Source: an uncultured Actinomycetota bacterium | GTDB taxonomy: Bacteria > Actinomycetota > Humimicrobiia > Humimicrobiales > Humimicrobiaceae | Assembly (NCBI GenBank): GCA_964354265.1 | Contig: CAYGYY010000002.1 | Coordinates: 1 to 52,713 of the forward strand | Direction: 5' to 3' | DNA length: 52,713 nucleotides | Shown: positions 19,286 to 29,748 of the stretch, one piece after another | How the letters are laid out: the number at the start of each line of letters is the position of its first letter | Position numbering within the stretch: position 1 is the stretch's first letter | Translations under genes and position numbers: made by a program | Notes under the pieces: generated by a model | Databases searched by the model: none | What the model saw: only the letters and a program-made list of their open reading frames with translations | Told to the model about the DNA's origin: nothing

Positions 19286-20533
19286 CTATTTTAATTGTTT
19301 TCTTCCAAAAATTAAATTGCCCAGGAAAGAATATTTTAAATCAATTGCGCCATAAAGACACATTTCACTGCAGCAAAAACACCTGATGCATTTTTTATAA
19401 TCAAATACCAGCTTTCCATTTTTTACAGTAATTGCTTTTTCGGGGCAAATTTCAATACACGTGTTGCAAAGTGTACATTTTGCCATGTTCTGGTAAGGGG
19501 ACAGGGAGAGTGTATTCCTGATGAAAGGGAACACATACGCACTAAGAAAGCGGTTTTTAGATAGCCTGTCCATAGGAGTGTTTTTTGGCAGCATGTAATC
19601 CTCTATAATGAATTCTTCAAGGTCTCCTCCCAGGATTTTGATTTCTTCAAGTCTTGCTCCTGAAAGTCCTCTTGCTCCTGCGCATTTTATTAAGGGGATA
19701 TTTACACTTTCAAAACCCATAATCATGGCCATTATATTATCCATTGCCACTGCATCAGTTCCAGCAAGGATAAGCCCGGTTTTCCTGGGTTTTCCGCTGG
19801 CTCCAGGGCCCTCGCCCTCAAGGCTTAAAATTCCATCCATAATGCTAAGCGCTGGAATATTACTAAGATAGACATCAAGGAGCATTTCATTGAATTTTTC
19901 AATATCTATGAATTTTGTATGCAACAATGTTTTGGTCCTGCCATGGATTATCCCATACATGTTTTTTACTGCCCCTGATATTCTTGTAAGGCTATGGGTC
20001 TTGAATTTTGGCAGGTTGATTATAAGGTCTGCTTCAAGGATAGGATTTATTATTTCAAGCTGCTTTAAAAACACTGCATCTTTAAATGAGACTTTTGAAA
20101 AAGTAGTATCAAGATTCAGTGTGACCCCGCCTATTTTTTCAAGCGGCAGAAGCCCGCAGACCCTGTAGAGAGACCTCAGGTCTTTTTTTGTATGAGGAGT
20201 TGCCGCCCCGGGGCTATCAGCGATTATGATACTGCAGTTATTACCACAGATTTTTTTTATTTTCCTTATTATGCCTTCTATAAAAAGCGGATGGGTTGTA
20301 ACTGCAAGTCCAGGTTCCAATGCAGATAAAAGGTTCGGCTTAAGAAGGATAAGCTTTGCATCCTTTATATATGCTTCAAGACCCCCAAGCATTGAAAAAA
20401 TGTTGTCCAAAGCTGCTGAAAGCTCTGCAGCCCCATAGCTTTTGCATCTTTCAATTGCAACTTTACAATTTGCCACTTCAGGTTTTTCAGATGTATTTTC
20501 CATTGCATACAACACTTTCTGCACACTTGGCAT
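19286..20533 (-). CDS. DUF362 domain protein with C-terminal 2x[4Fe-4S] ferredoxin motifs
   Basis: ILLKPNLL...TTHP is typical of DUF362. The C-terminus carries CTLCNTCIEICP and CIRCFCCSEMC. Confidence 0.8.
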   Translation of the reverse strand: MPSVQKVLYAMENTSEKPEVANCKVAIERCKSYGAAELSAALDNIFSMLGGLEAYIKDAKLILLKPNLLSALEPGLAVTTHPLFIEGIIRKIKKICGNNCSIIIADSPGAATPHTKKDLRSLYRVCGLLPLEKIGGVTLNLDTTFSKVSFKDAVFLKQLEIINPILEADLIINLPKFKTHSLTRISGAVKNMYGIIHGRTKTLLHTKFIDIEKFNEMLLDVYLSNIPALSIMDGILSLEGEGPGASGKPRKTGLILAGTDAVAMDNIMAMIMGFESVNIPLIKCAGARGLSGARLEEIKILGGDLEEFIIEDYMLPKNTPMDRLSKNRFLSAYVFPFIRNTLSLSPYQNMAKCTLCNTCIEICPEKAITVKNGKLVFDYKKCIRCFCCSEMCLYGAIDLKYSFLGNLIFGRKQLK

Positions 20534-20672
20534 TTGAGTATGTATAAATATTAAATATTAATATACATCGCTATAAATTGACAGAAACATCTGACAGAGG
20601 GAAATTCAAATAATCCAGTTTAATAAAAACAGCCCGTTTTTAAAATGTAAGTGACAAAATATAATTTAACAG

Positions 20673-20702
20673 TTGAAAGATTTATATTTATTTAAGTATA
20701 AT
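20673..20702 (+). promoter_or_regulatory. Candidate sigma-70 promoter (TTGAAA-18-TATAAT)
   Basis: The hexamers were read from the sequence about 60 nt upstream of the 20760 ORF. The AT-rich context lowers specificity. Confidence 0.35.
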
Positions 20703-20759
20703 ATAGTAACCATTATTATTAATGGTATTTTTTAACTTAGTAAGGAGAAAACTAAAACC

Positions 20760-21035
20760 ATGTCGGTCAAAAAGCATTTTACCGCTGAAGAGGCAAAAGC
20801 AGTTGGTGAAAAACTCGGTATTGATTGGAGCAAATTTGATGTCGAGCAGTTCAGGATGGGAATGGATGTTGAGCTGGAGCACGGAAAAGTTGACGCTGAG
20901 ACAAATGTAACCAATGACGACCCACTATTAACTGGTAAGATCGCTCTTGCACACCTGAACGAATTTCCTGATTATTATGATCGCCTTTACGAACTGGAAG
21001 AAGAGGCAGAAGAATTCTGGAACATCAAGGAGTAA
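20760..21035 (+). CDS. Small conserved hypothetical protein
   Basis: 91-aa ORF with a GGAG SD. The acidic C-terminus carries the motif ALAHLNEFPDYYDRL. I cannot assign a family confidently. Confidence 0.6.
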   Translation: MSVKKHFTAEEAKAVGEKLGIDWSKFDVEQFRMGMDVELEHGKVDAETNVTNDDPLLTGKIALAHLNEFPDYYDRLYELEEEAEEFWNIKE

Positions 21036-21080
21036 AGTTAAGATATAAACAATTTTATCAATTTAATCTTAGTTTTACAT

Positions 21081-21115
21081 AAAATAAGCGCAATTTTTTT
21101 GATTGCGCTTATTTT
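21081..21115. terminator. Bidirectional intrinsic terminator
   Basis: A perfect 14-bp stem AAAATAAGCGCAAT/ATTGCGCTTATTTT with loop TTTTTTG, lying between convergent genes. Confidence 0.7.
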
Positions 21116-21196
21116 AATATATATCCAGCATATCAACCCGTTAACTTTTTTATCAAGCAGTCAAATAGACAAAGTCCTAAAAGAATAAAAAACCTA

Positions 21197-21841
21197 TCAG
21201 TTGCCAAGCTCCTTTATCGCGCCTACATTTATTTCCCTGTAATTATTGATAAGGAGATCAGCTATTTTAAGTTCTGCTGCAGAATAAGTATTTATTATGC
21301 CTATGCATCTCATGCCGGCGCTTTTAGCAGCTGTTATTCCTACAATAGAATCTTCGAATACAACGCATTCAGAGGGTAATACTCTAAATATCTCAGCACC
21401 TTTAAGATATATCTCGGGATCAGGTTTGACGTTTTTCACATGGTTTCTTGCAAGTATCAGGTCGAAATACTCGCGGAAATTTAATTTATCGAATATTATT
21501 TCAACCTCTCTTATCCTGCTGTTTGTTGCAAGGCCTGTTTTAAAATTCTTTTTAACCTGCTCAAGAAGCTCGTGTATGTGCGGCATTGCTACTACTTCTT
21601 TTCTCAAAGCCCTAACGTATCTTTCCTTAAGAGTGTCTTTAACATTCTGATTATAAGTAAGACCCCTGCTCTCATAGATTTTTCTTACAAATTGTTTCCA
21701 TGTAAGACCATAGAGCATCTTTTCTTCTTCAATGGTTAAAAAGATACCCCTTTTTTGCATGAAATCCCTGGTTATTTTCCATACTATTTTTTCACTGTCC
21801 GCAATAGTCCCGTCCATATCAAAAAAAACGGCTTTTATCAT
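21197..21841 (-). CDS. HAD-superfamily hydrolase (beta-phosphoglucomutase-like subfamily IA)
   Basis: Motif I FFDMDGTIADSE, motif II ATNS, and motif III/IV K...FEDS. Confidence 0.88.
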   Translation of the reverse strand: MIKAVFFDMDGTIADSEKIVWKITRDFMQKRGIFLTIEEEKMLYGLTWKQFVRKIYESRGLTYNQNVKDTLKERYVRALRKEVVAMPHIHELLEQVKKNFKTGLATNSRIREVEIIFDKLNFREYFDLILARNHVKNVKPDPEIYLKGAEIFRVLPSECVVFEDSIVGITAAKSAGMRCIGIINTYSAAELKIADLLINNYREINVGAIKELGN

Positions 21842-22124
21842 TTTTTATATCCTTTTCTCATTGTCTTTATAAATAACCTGCAATAGTTCAATTCTGCATT
21901 ATGATCGAAATTTATATTTTCCGTCTTTTATAGATTATATAAAAAAATATAATTTTAGATACAGGAATAGTATGATTTAATAAGTATTTAAAGATTTTGT
22001 AACAATTTGTTAATATTTAATATATAATAAATAATAATAATTTCAGTTTTAAAAAAATTATATATAATAAAAAACAAATTTAAAAATATTCTAATAATAA
22101 TTTATATTTTATATTTTTAAATTT

Positions 22125-23378
22125 ATGAGAAGGTTTATATTATTTAAATCTTATACAAATCTTCCAAGAAATGTTTACATATTATTTGTTGCTGACATAA
22201 TAAACTCTGCTGGGAGTTTTGTTTATCCATTTCTTGCAATGTTCCTTTCAATAAAGCTCGGGTATAGCGAATATTTTTCCGGCCTGTTTCTAACAATGGT
22301 AATAATTGCAGAAGGTCTTGGAAAACTTATGGGGGGTAAGCTTGCTGACTGGATAGGCAGAAAGATAGTAATAATAATCCTCAGCGCCCTTGGCGCAGCG
22401 ATTTACATACTAATCGCATTTTTGGAAGAATCAATGGCCATACCCTACCTTATAATGCTCGCAGGTTTTTTAAAATCTGGAGCATTTCCTGCAATCAATG
22501 CGCTGATAATCGATTCTACTACAAAAAAAAATCGAAATGATGCATTTTCGCTTCAATATCTTGGGCACAACATCGGCTTTGCAGTAGGGCCGCTTGCTGC
22601 AGGGTTTCTCTTCACGGACCATATAGACCTTATTTTCCTGATAGATGCCCTTACAACTCTTGCTGCGCTGGTCCCAATTATATTCTTTGTCAAGGAGACG
22701 CTGCCAGTAAAAACAGAGCATTCCCGGGACGATGCTGATATATCTGCAGGTGAAAAAGCTGAAACCGGAAATGTAATAAAGATTTTCTTAAAAAAACCCA
22801 TACTCTTTGGTTTTGCCTTTATTTCCATAATATTTTCATTTGTTTATTCGCAGGCATCTTTTTCCCTGCCCCTTTATCTTGAAGACCTATTCAATAACAA
22901 TGGTCCAAAATTCTATGGCATACTGATGACAACCAATGCAGTGATAGTAATACTAATGACCATCCTTCTGATTGCTGCAATTAAAAAAATCAACCCTATA
23001 ATAAATATCAGCCTGGCAGGGATTCTTTTTGCCTTCGGTTTCGGTATTCTTTTTTATGCAGAGTTCTTCTATATTTTCATTATCTCGACAGTTATATGGA
23101 CATTTGGTGAGATAATAAACTCAGTGAGCTCAAATGTCCTGATTGCAAACTATTCTCCAATAACACACAGGGGCAGATTCAATGCTATTATTTTTTTTAT
23201 CAGTGGAGCAGGGTTTGCCTTAGGGCCATTGCTTACCGGTTTATTTATAGAGTACAATGGTATAAAGAATGTATGGGCTCTTACATTCTGGCTTTCAGTT
23301 GTTGCATCCATAATGATGGCAATACTTTTCTTAATAGAGAAAAAAACAATGTCAACAAATATATATCAGGATAGGTAA
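22125..23378 (+). CDS. MFS transporter
   Basis: 417 aa with about 12 predicted TM segments and a GKLADWIGRK motif between TM2 and TM3. Confidence 0.85.
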   Translation: MRRFILFKSYTNLPRNVYILFVADIINSAGSFVYPFLAMFLSIKLGYSEYFSGLFLTMVIIAEGLGKLMGGKLADWIGRKIVIIILSALGAAIYILIAFLEESMAIPYLIMLAGFLKSGAFPAINALIIDSTTKKNRNDAFSLQYLGHNIGFAVGPLAAGFLFTDHIDLIFLIDALTTLAALVPIIFFVKETLPVKTEHSRDDADISAGEKAETGNVIKIFLKKPILFGFAFISIIFSFVYSQASFSLPLYLEDLFNNNGPKFYGILMTTNAVIVILMTILLIAAIKKINPIINISLAGILFAFGFGILFYAEFFYIFIISTVIWTFGEIINSVSSNVLIANYSPITHRGRFNAIIFFISGAGFALGPLLTGLFIEYNGIKNVWALTFWLSVVASIMMAILFLIEKKTMSTNIYQDR

Positions 23379-23381
23379 ACG

Positions 23382-23834
23382 ATGAAAAATAAATTAGTGC
23401 TTTTGTTATCAGTCTTTATTCTGGCTTGCATGATTTTTAGCGTAGTTGGTTCTATGGCCGGATGTTCAGGCAAGGTACCGGATAGCGCCCAAAAGCCGGA
23501 TATTGAGGAAGGCAAGGTAAACAATATAAGTGTTGATGAGGCATATGGGTTGATCAGCAATAATGACGGTTCCTATTTTATTCTTGACGTAAGATCACAG
23601 GAGGAATATAAGGAGGGCCATATTAAGGATTCTGTGCTTATACCGGTAAATGAGCTTGAAAGCCGCCTTGGCGAAGTGCCGAAGGATAAAGCAATAATTG
23701 TATATTGCAGGTCAGGAAACAGGAGCACGACAGCATCTAATACACTTGTAGATAATGGATTTAAAGCTGTTTTGAATGTGGAGGGCGGGATTACTGAATG
23801 GATAAGCAAAGGATATCCTGTTGTGAAAGACTAA
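23382..23834 (+). CDS. Rhodanese-domain lipoprotein (sulfurtransferase-like)
   Basis: Lipobox MAGCSG and the rhodanese active-site loop CRSGNRS. Confidence 0.88.
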   Translation: MKNKLVLLLSVFILACMIFSVVGSMAGCSGKVPDSAQKPDIEEGKVNNISVDEAYGLISNNDGSYFILDVRSQEEYKEGHIKDSVLIPVNELESRLGEVPKDKAIIVYCRSGNRSTTASNTLVDNGFKAVLNVEGGITEWISKGYPVVKD

Positions 23835-23844
23835 TGAAAATATG

Positions 23845-25305
23845 TTAAGGTTTTAAATCAGGAATACCAATGCTGCAATCAGGGCTTAACCTGCCCCTTA
23901 TCAGTGAAGTTGCAATTGTGATGGTGGCAAGTGTTGCCGCAAATATGAATGTGGCCTGGATTGCGCCTGTGAATGCCATGTTGTTTATTTGCTCTGATGA
24001 ATACTGCCCTGACTGAAGAGAAAGAGTAATAGACTGAAATCTTGAGCTGAATATGGAGCTGGAAAATGCAGCTCCAAGCACCATACCGAGATTACGCATT
24101 GTCGCAAGCATTGAGGAAGCGATCCCCTTGTTTTGCACAGGTACTGCGCCCATTATTGCACTGTTGTTCGGTGTCTGGAACAACCCAACTCCAAAACCTA
24201 TTACTGCAAGATAAAGTATTATAAGCGCAATATCTGTGTCTGCTTTCAGGGTACTTAGCAGAAATAACCCTGCTGCAGTAAATGCCATTCCAGCAGAGCT
24301 TATATATCTTGCATCTGTCCTGTCCGAAATAAATCCTGCAACAGGCGCTATGACCATAACTACAGCAGGAGCTGAAACCATTATAAGCCCTGCTTTTGAA
24401 GGCTCAAAGCCCCGGAATTCAATAAGATAGAATGGCAAAATCAAAGATATCGTAAATTGTGCCATGAAATTAAACAGCAAAGAGAGATTGCTCATCGCAA
24501 AAAGCCTGTTCTTAAAAAGGTTAAGGTCAAGCATTGGAAATCTTGACTTCTTCTCGATAAACAGGAAGAGAGCAAATAAGGCTATGCCTGAGGCAAGGCA
24601 TAATATTATTAGAGGGTTGTTCCACCCGAACTTATCCGCAAAACTCAAAGGGACAATAATGGAAAGAAGGGATAAAAAAAAGGTTATTGCACCCGGAAAG
24701 TCAAATGGCAGTTTTTTTCCGGAACGGGTAGCAGGCAGTATTTTTATGGACCACAAAAGCGCAGCAATGCCGATTGGAATATTAATTAAAAATATGCTTT
24801 GCCATCCAAAATATGAAGTCAGGAGCCCGCCAAGCACCGGACCGATTATAAGGGCAAATGAGACCGCTACTGCAATTGCGCCAAGGGCTTTACCCCTGTC
24901 CTTTACAGGCGAATTTAAAGTAATTATTGCCGGGCCAAGCGACATCAGCATACCGGCACCGGCAGCCTGGATGACCCTGGAACCTATGAGAAATATTATA
25001 TTTGGGGACATTGCGCAAAAGAGTGAACCTGCTGTAAAAATTATCAGTCCTGTAATATAGATTTTTTTATGCCCGTAAATATCTCCAAGCCTGCCGAAGG
25101 TAAGAAGCAGGCTTGTTATAATTATCAGGTATGACAGCACTACCCACTCCACAGTTGTAAGTGACACATTAAAATATCCGCCTATTGTTGGAAGCGAGAT
25201 ATTGACAATACTTGAGTCAAGAGCGCTCATGAAAGTACCTAATGCTACAGCAAAGATGATCTGGATTGTATGTTTGCGGTTATAGGTTTTATCTTCCATT
25301 TTCAA
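23845..25305 (-). CDS. MFS transporter, DHA2 (EmrB/QacA, 14-TMS) family
   Basis: 486 aa with about 14 TM segments. Motifs GRLGDIYGHKK and the N-terminal LDSSIVNISLP. Confidence 0.88.
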   Translation of the reverse strand: MKMEDKTYNRKHTIQIIFAVALGTFMSALDSSIVNISLPTIGGYFNVSLTTVEWVVLSYLIIITSLLLTFGRLGDIYGHKKIYITGLIIFTAGSLFCAMSPNIIFLIGSRVIQAAGAGMLMSLGPAIITLNSPVKDRGKALGAIAVAVSFALIIGPVLGGLLTSYFGWQSIFLINIPIGIAALLWSIKILPATRSGKKLPFDFPGAITFFLSLLSIIVPLSFADKFGWNNPLIILCLASGIALFALFLFIEKKSRFPMLDLNLFKNRLFAMSNLSLLFNFMAQFTISLILPFYLIEFRGFEPSKAGLIMVSAPAVVMVIAPVAGFISDRTDARYISSAGMAFTAAGLFLLSTLKADTDIALIILYLAVIGFGVGLFQTPNNSAIMGAVPVQNKGIASSMLATMRNLGMVLGAAFSSSIFSSRFQSITLSLQSGQYSSEQINNMAFTGAIQATFIFAATLATITIATSLIRGRLSPDCSIGIPDLKP

Positions 25306-25443
25306 TAAAAAATATATTTATCCCATGCAATAATAAACTAAAATGATAAACTATTTGATTGAAAAAAAGTATTTAAAAATATAAAATACAGATTAAAGTG
25401 ATAATTTGTAAACCTCTTAACAATATTAAGATGGGAGATTTAA

Positions 25444-26199
25444 ATGAATGGCGCTCCAGTTAATGATAGTGGAAGGAAAAGCTTCGGAAACAGGGTCATT
25501 ATATTCGGACTTGTTCTTGGATTGTGCATTATAATCGCTTCGGGTATTGCTTCATATACATTTTTTTACGTCAGGACCAAAGAGGATACGCTGGCAGTAA
25601 CAGGTTCGGTAAAACAGATGGTCGTGTCTGACCTTGCCAAATGGACAGGGGCAATCCAGCGAAATATCCCGCAGGAAGACCTCAAAGCCGGATATGCCCA
25701 GATGAAACAGGACGAGGCTTTGGTTTTAGAGTTTTTTAAAGGATATGGCTATACAGAGTCTGATGTATTGATATCGCCGGTATTTATGGAGGCACCTTTC
25801 CAGTATGATCCCAATGCTCCAAAAGAATATATTCTAAGGCAAAATGTACAGATACAATCAGAAGATGTAAACAAGGTAACGGAAATGACAAAAAATACCC
25901 AGGCATTGATAGACGAGGGGGTCATTTTCTCCACATATTCCCTTGAATATTATTATACCAAGCTTCCTGAACTCAGGATTGAACTGCTGGGGGATGCCGT
26001 TAAAGATGCGGAATTAAGGGCCCAGGCTATTGCTGAGAGCACGGGTCTGAAAGTAGGTACAATTGAATCGGCAAATGCCGGGGTTGTGCAGGTACTGCAG
26101 GTAAATTCTACGGAAATTTCGGATTATGGCGCTTATGATACAAGTACCATAGAAAAAGAAGTCATGGTGACCGTGACTGCAATTTTCAATCTTGAATAG
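25444..26199 (+). CDS. SIMPL (DUF541) domain protein
   Basis: It has an N-terminal TM, then LAVTGSVKQMVVSD and a C-terminal VMVTVTAIFNLE. The size and pattern are typical of SIMPL. Confidence 0.7.
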   Translation: MNGAPVNDSGRKSFGNRVIIFGLVLGLCIIIASGIASYTFFYVRTKEDTLAVTGSVKQMVVSDLAKWTGAIQRNIPQEDLKAGYAQMKQDEALVLEFFKGYGYTESDVLISPVFMEAPFQYDPNAPKEYILRQNVQIQSEDVNKVTEMTKNTQALIDEGVIFSTYSLEYYYTKLPELRIELLGDAVKDAELRAQAIAESTGLKVGTIESANAGVVQVLQVNSTEISDYGAYDTSTIEKEVMVTVTAIFNLE

Positions 26200-27394
26200 T
26201 TTTATGGCTATCCTTTACAAGCTTGAGGTTGTCTTCTTTCCGGACATCATAAAACCTTCCTTTCCATGCGATGCCGCTTGCACTTTTGCTTTTAAGCAGG
26301 GCATGGATGGAAATAAGCAGCAGGTATATAACTGAAACTGGAAAAAGGAAAGTATCTATAAACCTGTTTTTAAACCTTATGGTCTGCATTATTTTTATTG
26401 CAAGTATTGTCAGGACCTGCATTATCAGGAGATTCGTCATTATATGGGGCCACCCTAAAACCAAAATGCTCAGGGGCAATAGTATGAAGGGGCAGAGGTA
26501 TACAGTAAAAACCAGGATCGTGATTGCAGACTGCAATAATATATTATAGTCAAAAACTGCTGAAAGGACTTTTGAATAACCTTTTACTACTTCACCAAGG
26601 TTTTTATACATCCTGCAGTAGAAGTTATTTTTTCCGTCAAATATCATGAACTTAAAACCAAGTTTTTTAACCTGCTTTGCAATATGTATATCTTCCAGTA
26701 TTTCTTTCTTTATAGACTCATGCCCCCCTATCTTTTCATAGACATCTTTTTTAAAGAGAAGGAACTGGCCGATAGCTGTGCAGAATAACGGGTTTTTTGA
26801 ATGCCTTATAAGGAAAAGCGGTAAAAATGAAAGCAGGAAATAATTGGCAAAAGGTACCATCATCCTCTCATGGACTGAAACTGTTATCTGTCTTGCAAAA
26901 ACCGAGATAGCATCCAGCCCGTTAGCAATAAGTGCGCCAAGAGCAGAAGAAACAGAATTCTTGAAATGCAGGGTATCAGCATCCGTGAAAAGCAGGTACT
27001 GCCCTTTTGCTTCCTTTGCAAGCTGGAAACAAGCATAACTTTTACCAAGCCACCCATCAGGGAGTGGTTTTCCGTCTATAATCCTTATTTTTCCGTACTT
27101 ATCTGCAATCTCGCCTGCAATTTCAGCAGTTTTATCAGTTGAATTATCGTTAAGAACCAGTATCTCAAAATTGCTGTAATCCTGCCGCACTAGCGAGCGA
27201 AGGCATCTTCTTATATTCTTTTCTTCATTTCTTGCAGGAATAAGGATCGACACAAGTGGCTGGTTATAACTTACATAGTCTGAAATATTAAAATAAGAAG
27301 TATCCTTAAATACATAAAGGTTCAACAGGAAGTTGGCAAATACCAGCAATAATACCCCTGCCACAAAATAGTTATAGAGCATCAAAATTCCCAT
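26186..27394 (-). CDS. Family 2 glycosyltransferase with flanking TM segments
   Basis: VSILIPARNEE, LNDNSTD and the DxD-type FTDADT. Multi-TM regions lie at both the N- and C-termini. Confidence 0.85.
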   Translation of the reverse strand: MGILMLYNYFVAGVLLLVFANFLLNLYVFKDTSYFNISDYVSYNQPLVSILIPARNEEKNIRRCLRSLVRQDYSNFEILVLNDNSTDKTAEIAGEIADKYGKIRIIDGKPLPDGWLGKSYACFQLAKEAKGQYLLFTDADTLHFKNSVSSALGALIANGLDAISVFARQITVSVHERMMVPFANYFLLSFLPLFLIRHSKNPLFCTAIGQFLLFKKDVYEKIGGHESIKKEILEDIHIAKQVKKLGFKFMIFDGKNNFYCRMYKNLGEVVKGYSKVLSAVFDYNILLQSAITILVFTVYLCPFILLPLSILVLGWPHIMTNLLIMQVLTILAIKIMQTIRFKNRFIDTFLFPVSVIYLLLISIHALLKSKSASGIAWKGRFYDVRKEDNLKLVKDSHKTIQD

Positions 27395-27569
27395 AGTCTT
27401 ATAACCTTTAATATATTGATTACAGTTTAAATTATACCACTTTGCTGTTTTTTAAACATTTTTTATAAATCCAAAAATTTTATAAACCTGTCTTGCAATT
27501 TATTATTTAGGTCATTAAACTAATCGTTTGTTTATTTAAAATCCTTTTTATGTCTTTGGAGTGTGAAAA

Positions 27570-28445
27570 TTGGAAAGTAATGATAAAATAATCAACATAG
27601 ATGACTTTACGCCGGCAGAAATGGCAAAAAAAGTTGAAGCTGCCAGCATAAGGAAGGCAAACTTAAATTTTATGAGCCTTCTGGCCCTTGCAGTTCTTGC
27701 CGGCGCTTTTATTTCTTTCGGAGCTGAATTTTATACTCTTGCCATATTTGACTCTACCCTGAGCCTGGGCTTTACCCGTTTAATCGGTGGACTGGCTTTC
27801 TCTGTCGGGCTTATACTTGTAATTGTTGCGGGCGCCGAGCTCTTCACAGGCAATAATCTTATTATAATGGGCGTTGCATCCAGGACAGTAACATATAAAC
27901 AGCTTTTAAGGAACTGGTCAGTCAGTTACCTGGGTAATTTTATCGGCGCCATCCTGATAGTATTCATTATGTTTCTTACAAACCAATGGAAAATAAAAGG
28001 AGGGTTGCTTGGCGCAAATGCAGTATTGATTGCAGCAAACAAGGTGAACCTTACTTTTGTTGAAGGTTTTACCAGGGGGATGCTTTGCAATGCTCTTGTG
28101 TGTCTTGCAGTGTGGCTCTGTTTTTCCGCAAGGACAGTAGTAAGCAAGATTGCAGCAATAATCTTTCCAATAACTGCTTTTGTAGCTTCAGGTTTTGAGC
28201 ATAGTATAGCAAATATGTATTTCATTCCCTATGGAATGCTTCTTAAGAATAACCCTATGGTCATGGAAGCTTTTTTAGAGCTATCGCCTAATACAGACCT
28301 TTCAAATTTAAACCTTATTGGATTCCTGGGTAACCTTCTTTCAGTAACTGCAGGAAACATAATAGGAGGGGCTTTTGTTGTAGGGCTGGCATACTGGTTT
28401 ATTATTGTAAGAACTGAGAAGAAAAAGCTCAAAGAAAATCAGTAA
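27570..28445 (+). CDS. Formate/nitrite transporter (FNT) family channel
   Basis: 291 aa. Motifs GAELFTGN, GFEHSIANMY and NIIGGAFVVGLAYW. TTG start 8 nt after GGAG. Confidence 0.9.
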   Translation: MESNDKIINIDDFTPAEMAKKVEAASIRKANLNFMSLLALAVLAGAFISFGAEFYTLAIFDSTLSLGFTRLIGGLAFSVGLILVIVAGAELFTGNNLIIMGVASRTVTYKQLLRNWSVSYLGNFIGAILIVFIMFLTNQWKIKGGLLGANAVLIAANKVNLTFVEGFTRGMLCNALVCLAVWLCFSARTVVSKIAAIIFPITAFVASGFEHSIANMYFIPYGMLLKNNPMVMEAFLELSPNTDLSNLNLIGFLGNLLSVTAGNIIGGAFVVGLAYWFIIVRTEKKKLKENQ

Positions 28446-28606
28446 GGTTTCTAGAAATCCCGTAAAATCTGCAATTATGACCTAAAGCATTAAAAACCAG
28501 ATATTATAGTGTATTTTTTAAAAAAAAATAAAAAATATCTGGCAATGTTGCGTGATATAAAATAAAATTTTATTGACTCTTTTTTACTTTGAAAGGAGGT
28601 ATTTTA

Positions 28607-29494
28607 ATGTCTGAAGAAAAGTCAAAAAAAAGCCCTTCTGAATCATTTGCTGAAATGATGAAGAATTTTGGCACCGCAGTAGCGGAGATATTCAATGATC
28701 CTGAATTAAAGGAAAAGGCAAAGGATTTTGGAGACAGCGCCTCAGCTTCAGCAAAAGCATTTGCAGAAAGATTTAAAGACGAGGAAGTAAAAGGTAAATT
28801 CAAAGACCTTGGCGATGCTGCTAAGAAATTCGGGGAAAGTATCTCGGATTATTTTAATGATGAAAAAGACAAAAGCCAGCAGGCAGGTGAAAATAATCCT
28901 GAAGAACCTAAAAAAAAACAGGAAAATGAAACGGCAGCAGCAATGAGCCCAAATGTAATTGCAGTTACAGGCGTAGATGTTCCGGGAGGGATTTCTTCCA
29001 GCAAAAAGGCTAAGGAGGATGCATCAAGGGCAAGGAATTCAAGGATAACCGGATACAGTTTTTCTATTGCCTGGAGTATAATCTTCATAATATTCTTTAA
29101 CTTTTTTAACCAGTACATTGCATATTACGATTATAATGCTGTTACAGGCAACTGGGAAATTATACCTGTTATTACGGCAGAGTTTTATGAATGGTTGCCT
29201 ATATTCAATGTAGCAACGATTGTAGTTATTATAGGCAATATTATATTGATAATAAATGACAGTTTCTATTTTGAAAATATTACAAATATTATAATGCACA
29301 TATTCGGTATTGCATCAGTTTCGGTGCTTTTAAGTCTTTTTCCTTTTGATTTCAGTGTAATGCCCGATGCAGACCTTAGCCAGTTACTTAATACAATTAC
29401 TATGATTGTACTCATATTTATAATTGTCGGGCTTTCAGTTGGAATACTTGTAAGATTTATTAGAATAATAGTCAAGATAGCAAGGGTATCCTGA
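28607..29494 (+). CDS. Hypothetical membrane protein (charged N-terminal domain, 4-5 TM C-terminal part)
   Basis: ATG 28607 follows AAAGGAGG. The N-terminus has K.FG....A.KF-type repeats and the C-terminal part is hydrophobic. No family was recognised. Confidence 0.6.
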   Translation: MSEEKSKKSPSESFAEMMKNFGTAVAEIFNDPELKEKAKDFGDSASASAKAFAERFKDEEVKGKFKDLGDAAKKFGESISDYFNDEKDKSQQAGENNPEEPKKKQENETAAAMSPNVIAVTGVDVPGGISSSKKAKEDASRARNSRITGYSFSIAWSIIFIIFFNFFNQYIAYYDYNAVTGNWEIIPVITAEFYEWLPIFNVATIVVIIGNIILIINDSFYFENITNIIMHIFGIASVSVLLSLFPFDFSVMPDADLSQLLNTITMIVLIFIIVGLSVGILVRFIRIIVKIARVS

Positions 29495-29495
29495 A

Positions 29496-29667
29496 TTGCC
29501 GGAATATGTAAAAATTATCATCGAGCTTTTTGGCGGGCTGGCACTATTCTTATTTGGTATGGAAAGACTATCGACCAGCCTTCAGAAAGTCACTTCCAAT
29601 TCATATTGAAAGAATTGGCGACCTTTTATATACAATATCGAAAAACCTGCTGGAAATAGAATCTTAA
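29496..29667 (+). pseudogene. Internally deleted remnant of a Na/Pi-cotransporter (PhoU-domain) family gene
   Basis: Frame 1 reads IIIELFGGLALFLFGMERLSTSLQKV and then hits a stop. This matches the conserved N-terminus of Na/Pi cotransporter family proteins. A second frame reads IERIGDLLYTISKNLLEIES*, a PhoU-like C-terminal helix. More than 450 codons between the two pieces are missing. Confidence 0.5.
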
Positions 29668-29748
29668 AAGATTTAAATAAGTATTTTTTAAATTTCAATG
29701 TAGATAAAATAAAAAACAATTAAATAAGAAAACAAAAGAGGGTATAAG

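Noticed and set aside
24464-25060. A 198-aa plus-strand ORF inside the DHA2 MFS transporter gene.
   Set aside because: It is antisense to a clearly recognisable 14-TMS transporter, has no motifs and has no SD.
28497-28542. A long imperfect AT-rich hairpin (CCAGATATT…AATATCTGG) after the FNT gene, considered as a terminator.
   Set aside because: The interior is almost pure A/T and no T-run follows. This is too weak to call.
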